DNA of 64,000 nt, taken from positions 194,335 to 258,334 of the forward strand of contig DAOMOX010000001.1 in the NCBI GenBank assembly GCA_035444565.1. Reading direction: 5' to 3'. The stretch comes from Candidatus Dojkabacteria bacterium. GTDB taxonomy: Bacteria > Patescibacteriota > Dojkabacteria > B142 > OLB20. The notes beneath the pieces were generated by a model. That model saw only the letters and a list, made by a program, of their open reading frames with translations, was not told the origin of the DNA and did no database searches. Positions 56,360-64,000 of this stretch are shown one piece after another; positions within the stretch are counted from its first letter, which is position 1, and each line of letters starts with the position of its first letter. The position numbers and the translations under genes are program-made.

Positions 56360-57436
56360 ATGTCTCCGAAATATCAAATAAAAACTTTTTACGAGATTGA
56401 TCAAAACCTGATTAAAGAGTGGGAATCACTATGGATTAACGCAGTAAATGCGACAATATTTAACTCATATCCATGGTTCAAGGCTACTTCAAAAACTAAA
56501 CAATTGCATAAATGTGTTATTTATCTCTGTTACCAAAACGATGAACTTGTGGCAATCTTACCCCTCGTGGAGGAAAAGCGATTTGGAATCAAAGTGTTAA
56601 CAACTCATCTAGGAAGTTATATTTCAGATGAAGCAATTTTATTAAAGGAATATAATGCACAACTGCTAAAAGAACTAATAGTAGAGATTTCCAAGAACAA
56701 CAACTTATACCTAACCCGGGTAAGCTCCACAAATGTCCAAGACCTAAAAAACATTTTTCCTCAAATATTCTTCTCTGTTATTGGTGTAAATCCGATTATT
56801 AATCTCAAGGGTGACCCATTATCTTCGTTTTCAAAGTCATCAAGAAAGAAACTAGAAAGCATACTAAAGAAAGCAGGAGACATGATTGTACTCAAGACAT
56901 TTTCAGAAGATGATAATCTAAATGAATTGCTAAAAGTAATGATTGATATTGATACAAATAGTGGGAAGCAAAAGAATTCAAGAGATATATTCACCAAAGA
57001 GGAAGAAAAAAGATTCTTCGCCAATTTGATTAACTACTGTAGGAAATATATTGAAATATCAATACTTTATTACAATGATAAACCCATAGCTTACACATTC
57101 AACCTGAAGGGTGGAAAAGTATATTTTGGTTACCAAACTTCATATCTATTTGAGTATAGAAAATTGTCTCCAGGGAAATTAGTATTAATGAGATCTCTTA
57201 AAGAAATTGCACATTCGGGATATAATCTACTGGACTGTGGAGAAGGTCTTAGCGCATTTAAACAAGAATTTACTAAAGATTATAAACTGAAATATGATCT
57301 TCATTATTCGAGGAATTCTTTGGTGATGATTTGGTGGAAATTAATAATTTTCGCAAGAAGAGCAAAACAAATACTTCTCCCAGAGAAAAATAGTAGGGAT
57401 TATGAATTTTTATTTACTACAAATTTAAAAGGTTAA
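56360..57436 (+). CDS. GNAT acyltransferase, CelD/BcsL-like (paralogue)
   Basis: W.SLW...IFNS.PW, LVAILPL, YQTSY.....SPG..L, LD.GEG...FKQ.F. Confidence 0.82.
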   Translation: MSPKYQIKTFYEIDQNLIKEWESLWINAVNATIFNSYPWFKATSKTKQLHKCVIYLCYQNDELVAILPLVEEKRFGIKVLTTHLGSYISDEAILLKEYNAQLLKELIVEISKNNNLYLTRVSSTNVQDLKNIFPQIFFSVIGVNPIINLKGDPLSSFSKSSRKKLESILKKAGDMIVLKTFSEDDNLNELLKVMIDIDTNSGKQKNSRDIFTKEEEKRFFANLINYCRKYIEISILYYNDKPIAYTFNLKGGKVYFGYQTSYLFEYRKLSPGKLVLMRSLKEIAHSGYNLLDCGEGLSAFKQEFTKDYKLKYDLHYSRNSLVMIWWKLIIFARRAKQILLPEKNSRDYEFLFTTNLKG

Positions 57437-57461
57437 TTATATAAAAAAGCACTTTAAAGAA

Positions 57462-59069
57462 ATGGAAAAAGTCATAAAATTAAAAAAATTTAAAAGTATG
57501 TTTTCAACAACATTACAAATAGTAGTATTAATATTCATAACATTGGTACTATTTGCCTCTATTAGAGGAACTGCAGGAATTCCTACAGCTGAAGAACTAA
57601 ACAGCCCAGTTTGGAAAGAACAAGGACCATTTGAATTATCCCCAGAAAGAGGACGTTATGCTTTAACATATTCAATCATTGAAGATAAATCATTTGATTT
57701 CTCTATACCTGTCGCAAGATTTACTACTCCCGACCTTGGTTTTACAGATGGCAAATTTGTCTCGTTGTTTGCTCCTGGCGTTTCCTTCTTGGTTATTCCG
57801 GGATACATTGTCGGACATTACCTAGGGATGTCTCAAGTGGGAACATATTCTGCAATTGCTGTCTATGCAATTCTAAACTTTATATTGATTCGTCAGATAA
57901 GTAAATTATTGGGGGCAAGTAACCCAGCTTCAGTAATTGCAGGGATGACTTTCATATTCGCAACTCCCGCCTTTGCGTATGGTGTAAGCCTTTACCAACA
58001 TCATATATCTACATTCCTGATACTTTTAGCTACATACTTACTAGTCAGATTTGAAAGGAAATGGTTAGCTATAGTTGGAATTTGGTTCCTTTGCGGATTA
58101 GGGATAGCTGTAGATAATCCAAATCTATTGATGATGATGCCAATAGGTATAGTTGCATTATTGCAATCTCTAGATATTGAAGAGAAGAAGGAAGAGATGA
58201 GTATAAGAATTTATCCGAAATATATTATTGCAATAATTGGAGTACTTATACCAGCTTTAGGATTCATGTATTTTAATTATGTATCTTATGGAAATCCTTT
58301 ACAGTTAGGAGGTACAACAAATAGTGTAGATGCGATAAACGAAGAAGGTAAACCAGTTACTTCTGAAGGTATACTGACCCCTGAAGAACTTGCACAAGCC
58401 GGAGAGTTTGAAGAGGGAGAACGTTCTTCTGTCGGGTTTTTCGAGGCTCGAGACATGGTCAACGGTCTTTATATCCACCTTTTCAGTGAAGACAGAGGTG
58501 TGATATATTTCACACCTGTAATCCTGACCGGAATTATTGGAATTTTCGTACTTTATAGATCAAAAAATAAACATCTCCCATTACTATTAAGTATCGTCGG
58601 AGTGAATCTGATACTCTACTCAATGTGGGGTGACCCTTGGGGAGGATGGGCATTTGGATCAAGGTATTTGATACCAAGTTATGCCATTATGTCGATTTTC
58701 ATTGCAATGGCATTAACCAGATATTCCAGAAATATTCTGGTCTTGCTTGTTTTTGCCGTACTTTTTGTCTATTCAACTGCAATAAACACACTAGGAGCTA
58801 TCACTACAAGCGCAATACCTCCGAAAGTACAAGCTATTCCGCTCGAAGCTTTGACTGGTAAAGAAGAAAAATTCAACTACAAAAGAAGCTGGGATTTCCT
58901 AAACAATAATGGTTCTAAGTCATATTTTTACCAGGAATTTCTGGAAGATAGTGTTCCAGCAAAAGATTTTTATATCACTCTTGTGTCAGCGATATCCACA
59001 GTATCAATAATGACATTAATCGGAGTCTATTTAACAAAAAGAAAAACTAAAGATGAAAATAAAGATTGA
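57462..59069 (+). CDS. Multi-TM GT-C-like membrane protein
   Basis: ERGRYAL luminal loop, APG.S, ~11 TMs, WGG..FG.RYL.P. Confidence 0.7.
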   Translation: MEKVIKLKKFKSMFSTTLQIVVLIFITLVLFASIRGTAGIPTAEELNSPVWKEQGPFELSPERGRYALTYSIIEDKSFDFSIPVARFTTPDLGFTDGKFVSLFAPGVSFLVIPGYIVGHYLGMSQVGTYSAIAVYAILNFILIRQISKLLGASNPASVIAGMTFIFATPAFAYGVSLYQHHISTFLILLATYLLVRFERKWLAIVGIWFLCGLGIAVDNPNLLMMMPIGIVALLQSLDIEEKKEEMSIRIYPKYIIAIIGVLIPALGFMYFNYVSYGNPLQLGGTTNSVDAINEEGKPVTSEGILTPEELAQAGEFEEGERSSVGFFEARDMVNGLYIHLFSEDRGVIYFTPVILTGIIGIFVLYRSKNKHLPLLLSIVGVNLILYSMWGDPWGGWAFGSRYLIPSYAIMSIFIAMALTRYSRNILVLLVFAVLFVYSTAINTLGAITTSAIPPKVQAIPLEALTGKEEKFNYKRSWDFLNNNGSKSYFYQEFLEDSVPAKDFYITLVSAISTVSIMTLIGVYLTKRKTKDENKD

Positions 59070-60657
59070 AAAAGCAAAAATTAACAATTTAACTCATTTC
59101 CTAGAGAAGCATGCACTAACGTTAATCGTATTAACCCTTATTTTAGTAGCAACTGCCACATGGTATGGGTTCTATCAAAATGGATTAGGGCTCGCATACA
59201 ACGACGCTCGCTCACATCTAAATATCGGAAGACGTGTTGTAGAAGGTCTAAAACCAGGACTTGCACAGATTGGATCTGTTTGGTTACCACTACCTCATTT
59301 GCTCATGGTTCCGACCATATGGAATGACTTTTTCTGGCATTCGGGACTCGCTGGAGCAATTCAATCAATGGGTTCTTTTGTTATCACAGGTATGTTAGTT
59401 TATCTTTATTTGAAAAAGCTCGGAGTGTCACTATTTGCACGATTCTTTGGTGTCGCTATGTTTGCCCTGAATTTAAATGTATTGTATCTACAATCAACCG
59501 CGATGACCGAGCTACTTTTGATTGCTACCATGACTGCTGGTTCGTATTACTTGTTATTGTGGGCTCAGAAGGAAAATATTGTTGATCTCTTAAAGTGCTC
59601 TCTTTTTATAATGCTTTCCACTTTGATTCGATATGATGGCTGGTTCTTGATTTTCATAGCTACTTTGATAGTGGCATTCCAAATATTTCGCAAGAAAGGC
59701 TACAAGGCCACAGAAGGTATGTCGATCATGTTTATGTCTCTTGGTGGTTTAGGTATTGCGCTTTGGGTACTCTGGAATTTACTGATTTTCGGAGACCCAT
59801 TATTCTTTGCATTTGGTCCTTTTTCAGCACATTCTCAGCAGGAACAGTTATTAGCAGCAGGGAATCTCCCTACAAAGGGCGATATACTACTCTCAATCAA
59901 AATGTATCTATATGCCCTATTTTTCAATTCTTATACATTACCGGCGATTCTAGGGCTATTTGGAGGTATAAGTCTATGGTTTAACAAGAAAATTAATATA
60001 AATGCTCGAATTGCCACACTGGCTTTGATTGCTCCATTTATTTTCAACATTCTAGCACTTTACCTTGGTCACTCCGTTTTGTTTATTCAAGGGATTTCTG
60101 GAGACACATGGTTCAATGTCCGCTATGGAGTCATGCTTGCCCCTTCTATTGCCATTTTCGTGGCATATTTGACCGACAAAGTGAAACCAATGAGATTCGT
60201 TATAGTGGGTCTTACTTTGCTGGTTCTGACATTTGCTTTTCTAAATCAAGATGCTGTAACAATTGATGATGCACGAGTTGGCTCTAGTCAGAAAAATGTT
60301 TCCGAAGTATCCGACTGGCTAGCTGATAACGCTGGAGACAAAGAAGGCTTTATTCTAATTTCTGCTGCCTCTCATGATGCTATAATCTTTTCGTCAGGAA
60401 TGGATATGAGTAGATTTATCCATGAAGGAACAGGACTTTACTGGGATACTGCTCTCGGAAACCCTGACCATTGGGCTAGATGGATAGTGATGAGAACCCA
60501 TGACGAAAATGATTTAGTATTCAGAGAAATCAACAAAGAAGCATGGGAAGATCATTACACACTTGTAGATCATTATCCTTTTGCAGATATCTACGAACTA
60601 AAACCAGAGTCAATGACAAATTTAAACACAGAACCTGTTCTTAAGAATGTGAAATAA
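59053..60657 (+). CDS. GT-C fold glycosyltransferase (PMT/ArnT-like)
   Basis: YNDARSHL.I.RR, VWLPLPH, MTE, RYDGW, NVRYG; multiple TMs. Confidence 0.8.
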   Translation: MKIKIEKAKINNLTHFLEKHALTLIVLTLILVATATWYGFYQNGLGLAYNDARSHLNIGRRVVEGLKPGLAQIGSVWLPLPHLLMVPTIWNDFFWHSGLAGAIQSMGSFVITGMLVYLYLKKLGVSLFARFFGVAMFALNLNVLYLQSTAMTELLLIATMTAGSYYLLLWAQKENIVDLLKCSLFIMLSTLIRYDGWFLIFIATLIVAFQIFRKKGYKATEGMSIMFMSLGGLGIALWVLWNLLIFGDPLFFAFGPFSAHSQQEQLLAAGNLPTKGDILLSIKMYLYALFFNSYTLPAILGLFGGISLWFNKKININARIATLALIAPFIFNILALYLGHSVLFIQGISGDTWFNVRYGVMLAPSIAIFVAYLTDKVKPMRFVIVGLTLLVLTFAFLNQDAVTIDDARVGSSQKNVSEVSDWLADNAGDKEGFILISAASHDAIIFSSGMDMSRFIHEGTGLYWDTALGNPDHWARWIVMRTHDENDLVFREINKEAWEDHYTLVDHYPFADIYELKPESMTNLNTEPVLKNVK

Positions 60658-61668
60658 ATGATGGATTTTATTGAAAAGCTAAGAAGACTTAGCCTCAAAC
60701 AAATTATATCTGGGCTTTTTATAGCAAGTTTAATTTCTTTACTAGTTTATCTCTACATTTCATCGGTGCAAGGTCCAAATAAACCAGCTAATCTCTGGGA
60801 AGTTCAATCTATCGACACTATGAAATATTCTAGGGATTTAGCTAGAGAAAAACTAAACGAAGCAACGTTTGACGAGGAAATTGATTATCAAGTTAGTAAT
60901 ATCAAAGAGATGGGTGCTAGTCATGTAGCACTCGGAACTCCATACGATGATGAGTTTATACCTTATCTAGAAAGGTGGGTTAATACTGCAAGAAAGTATC
61001 GCCTAAAAGTTTGGTTCCGGGGGAATTTCTCAGGATGGGAGCAATGGTTCAATTACGAGGGGATAACTCCAGAAAAACATCAGGAACTAATTGAAACATT
61101 CATTATTAATAATCCGCAACTTTTCCAGGATGGAGACATTTTCTCACCATGTACCGAATGTGAAAATGGAGTATTGGGAGACCCGAGACTCACTGGTAAT
61201 GTCAATGACTATAAAATATTCTTGGTCGAAGAATATGATATAGCCAATACCGCATTCGATAGAATTGAAAAAGACGTTACAGTAAATTTCCCGATGAACG
61301 GAGATGTCGCAGAATTAATTATGGACAAACGGATGACTCAAAATCTGGGAGGAGTAGTTGTGGTGGATCATTACGTCGAAAGACCTGAACAATTAGCAGA
61401 AGACGTAAGACATTATGCAAAATTAAGCGGGGGCAAAGTAATCCTAGGTGAAATAGGTGTTTATATTCCTGGAATCCATCCCCAAATGAATGATTTCGAA
61501 CAGGCAGACTGGCTTGAACAAGCTTTAACATTGCTTGCAGAAGAGGAAGACCTCGTAGGTATTAATTATTGGGTATTTAGCGACGGGACCACTCAACTAT
61601 GGGAGAAAGACACTCGTGTGAAAAGGAAAGCGGCTGATGTTTTACAAAATTTCTATAAACCCAAGTAG
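60658..61668 (+). CDS. Membrane-anchored putative glycoside hydrolase (clan GH-A-like TIM barrel)
   Basis: N-terminal TM; ECEN candidate acid/base, VDHY, ILGEIG candidate nucleophile, GINYW. Confidence 0.6.
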   Translation: MMDFIEKLRRLSLKQIISGLFIASLISLLVYLYISSVQGPNKPANLWEVQSIDTMKYSRDLAREKLNEATFDEEIDYQVSNIKEMGASHVALGTPYDDEFIPYLERWVNTARKYRLKVWFRGNFSGWEQWFNYEGITPEKHQELIETFIINNPQLFQDGDIFSPCTECENGVLGDPRLTGNVNDYKIFLVEEYDIANTAFDRIEKDVTVNFPMNGDVAELIMDKRMTQNLGGVVVVDHYVERPEQLAEDVRHYAKLSGGKVILGEIGVYIPGIHPQMNDFEQADWLEQALTLLAEEEDLVGINYWVFSDGTTQLWEKDTRVKRKAADVLQNFYKPK

Positions 61669-61749
61669 GGAGACATTTTTGGCAAAATTTGATAAAATCA
61701 TGCACTAGGTAAAGGAATTACTATATTAGTACATATTTTTTAAAGCATT

Positions 61750-62817
61750 ATGAAAATAATAATTTTCGCTGGAGGGCATGGTACTCGATTATGGCCACTC
61801 AGTCGTAAAAACTCCCCAAAGCAATTCGAGAAAATGTTTAACGGTAAATCTACTCTACAATTGATGGTAGATAGGGTTAAACCCGTTGTTGGCATTGAGA
61901 ACGTATATATTTCAACCGGTAGCGCTTTCAAAGAAATTATTGAAAGTCAGCTCACGGAACTTCCCAGGGAAAATATCATCTACGAACCAGCAAAAAGAGA
62001 TCTCGCCGCTGCAGTTGGTCTTGCTTTTCTAACATTAAAACAAAAAGGTGTGAACGAGCCTGTAGCAATATTATGGTCTGATCATCTGGTTGAAAATCTA
62101 TCTGAATTTCAAAATGCATTAAGAACAGGTGAGCAACTTATCAATGAAAATCCAAACAGATTTATCTTTAACGGAGAAATACCTAGATTTGCAAATAATA
62201 ATTTAGGTTGGATTAGTATCGGAGACACAATTGAAAATAAAAATGGATTTGATGTCCATAGTTTTGAAGGTTGGATTTACAGACCTGATGTCGAATTATG
62301 CAATCAATTATTCGAATCAAAAAGAGCAGTCTGGAACACTGGATATTTTGTTACTTCCGTCGATTTTGTAACAGGCTTGTATCAACAGCACATGCCTGAA
62401 ATGTATTCTCAACTTCAACAAGTAGTTTCCAGCCCTGAACTTTTGGATTCTATCTACCCGACAATTGAATCTATACATTTTGACGAAGCAATAGTACAAA
62501 AATCACGTCCCGATCAGGCTGTTGTACTCACTTTTGACATAGGTTGGAGTGACCCCGGAACACTTTATGCACTTAAAGAAGCTATAGTGGCTAACAAAGA
62601 AGATAATTATATTCATGGTAAAGCAGTATCACTGGCTACTTCGGATTCTATGATTTTTAATCAACAACAGAATAAATTAGTCGCAACTATCGGATTAGAC
62701 GGATTTGTAGTAGTAAATACAGAAGATGCTGTTTTCGTATGTCACAAGGACAATATTAGAGAGATAACACAGTTATTAAAACAAATTGAAGCAGAAGGAT
62801 ACTCGGAGTACCTATAA
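61750..62817 (+). CDS. manC: Mannose-1-phosphate guanylyltransferase
   Basis: AGG.GTRLWPLSR..PKQF, EP..RD.A, SDH, WN.G.F, GWSD.G. Confidence 0.9.
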   Translation: MKIIIFAGGHGTRLWPLSRKNSPKQFEKMFNGKSTLQLMVDRVKPVVGIENVYISTGSAFKEIIESQLTELPRENIIYEPAKRDLAAAVGLAFLTLKQKGVNEPVAILWSDHLVENLSEFQNALRTGEQLINENPNRFIFNGEIPRFANNNLGWISIGDTIENKNGFDVHSFEGWIYRPDVELCNQLFESKRAVWNTGYFVTSVDFVTGLYQQHMPEMYSQLQQVVSSPELLDSIYPTIESIHFDEAIVQKSRPDQAVVLTFDIGWSDPGTLYALKEAIVANKEDNYIHGKAVSLATSDSMIFNQQQNKLVATIGLDGFVVVNTEDAVFVCHKDNIREITQLLKQIEAEGYSEYL

Positions 62818-62866
62818 TTGTATACAATAAATAGAGGACATCTTTCTTATCTATTAGGAACTTTAA

Positions 62867-64000
62867 TTGGCCCAGAAAGCAATCCGTGAGTACTACGGAA
62901 AAAAATTGATTTTTCAGTATCTGCCAGAATTCTTAACCAGCTTCAGTCAAGGCTATAAAGGGGTAGAAATTGATTCTAAACAGTTAAATCAAATTAATAA
63001 ACTTCCAAATTTCAAATATGGTTATGTTGCAAAGCCAGACGAGCTTTTTGGCAAGAGAGGAAAGAACAATCTCGTATTTATTAATACTGATCAGAAAAAA
63101 GTATTAAACTGGATAAAATCAAAATCATCAGTAAAAACCGTTATCAAACAAAATGAAAAAGAACTCTCTGGGAGTTTAAGAAGATTTATTTTAGAACCTT
63201 TCATCCCTCACGACGAAGAATATTACTTAGCTATTAAAACTGAAAGATTAGTAGATAAATTATATTTTTCCACCTCAGGAGGCGTAGAGGTTGAAGATAA
63301 TTGGGAGAAAGTTACCGGTATAGATATCCCATTTAGCCTTGATAACTCACCTATTCACTCCTACGTTTCGAATACGATTGGCAAACTCATCAAAGATAAA
63401 CAAGAAAGCACTCTATTAGCTGATTTCGTTTCTGCAATTTACCAGGTTTTTAAATTACTGGATTTTTCATATCTTGAGATTAATCCTTTTGTAATTAATG
63501 ATGGAGAGATCTATTTACTTGATCTTGTTGCCAGAATGGATAACACAGCAGTATACAAAAACAGAAAACTATATGAAGTAATAGGGGAACCAGAATTCGC
63601 TCCACCATTTGGTAGTGAAATGCCAGAATCAGAAACTAAAATTATTGAGATGGACGAAAGCTCTGGCGCATCTTTGAAATATAAGCTAATAAATCCAGAA
63701 GGGAAAATTTGGCTTCTAACTTCCGGAGGAGGAGGAAGCGTGATTTTTGCAGATACAGTTGGAGATTTGGGCTATCACTCAGAAATTGCAAATTATACTG
63801 ATTATAGTGGAAACCCCAATACAGATGAAACTCAGGAGTTTTGTGAAATTATATTCTCTGATATGTTTAAAAGTAATAGAAAAGATAAAGTATTAATTGT
63901 CGGAGGGGGAATAGCTAATTTTACAGATATTGCAAAAACATTCACGGGGGTAGCTAGAGCAGTAGAAGAACATCATAAACAATTCAATCAGCAGAAAATC
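62867..64000 (+). CDS. aclB: ATP-citrate lyase, ATP-grasp/citrate-binding subunit (partial, runs off window)
   Basis: Not in the track. TTG start gives MAQKAIREYYGKKL...KPDELFGKRGKNNLV...EPFIPH..EYY...EINP...LD..A..D...PPFG...GASLK..L.NP.G.IW...GGGGSVIFADTV...NY.DYSGNP...GGGIANFTDIAKTF. Confidence 0.9.
   Translation, partial: MAQKAIREYYGKKLIFQYLPEFLTSFSQGYKGVEIDSKQLNQINKLPNFKYGYVAKPDELFGKRGKNNLVFINTDQKKVLNWIKSKSSVKTVIKQNEKELSGSLRRFILEPFIPHDEEYYLAIKTERLVDKLYFSTSGGVEVEDNWEKVTGIDIPFSLDNSPIHSYVSNTIGKLIKDKQESTLLADFVSAIYQVFKLLDFSYLEINPFVINDGEIYLLDLVARMDNTAVYKNRKLYEVIGEPEFAPPFGSEMPESETKIIEMDESSGASLKYKLINPEGKIWLLTSGGGGSVIFADTVGDLGYHSEIANYTDYSGNPNTDETQEFCEIIFSDMFKSNRKDKVLIVGGGIANFTDIAKTFTGVARAVEEHHKQFNQQKI

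Noticed and set aside
1-64000. Genome-wide TGA recoding (genetic code 25/4), prompted by the in-frame TGA at 10170
   Set aside because: Conserved genes end at TGA exactly where their families end (toxin 7503-7505, pyrH 43117-43119), and long genes contain no internal TGA.

Overview
An AT-rich, gene-dense bacterial chromosome segment using the standard genetic code (TGA terminates conserved genes). Most starts lack a Shine-Dalgarno sequence and many carry TATAAT or extended -10 boxes. Gene content (archaeal-type PyrH, degenerate SecD/SecF, Elp3, many glycosyltransferases, GT-C proteins, orphan ORFs) suggests a Patescibacteria/CPR genome, possibly Dojkabacteria-like; this is inference only. Housekeeping genes include rlmB, trpS, ppa, rpe, secD/F/G, lemA, pyrH, nnr, apbE, manC and a partial ATP-citrate lyase. 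Also present are a RelE/YafQ-type TA pair, cell-surface proteins sharing an LxDTG-type C-terminal sorting signal, and a ~14 kb glycan operon led by a four-module GT2-GT2-flippase-GT4 fusion. The most notable observations are: (1) an Elp3 gene divergently paired with a Trm9/ALKBH8-like methyltransferase, a candidate bacterial mcm5U34 wobble pathway; (2) a double-HD RelA/SpoT homologue with an altered synthetase and no regulatory C-terminus; (3) an orphan AEP primase-polymerase-like protein; (4) a UUCG terminator hairpin in the glycan-operon leader, plus a 13-bp motif shared with the adhesin upstream region; (5) a secreted (NNGY)n protein; (6) a gene interrupted by one in-frame TGA. I saw no tRNA, rRNA, CRISPR array, integrase or transposase. 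All family calls are by-eye motif recognition, not database searches.
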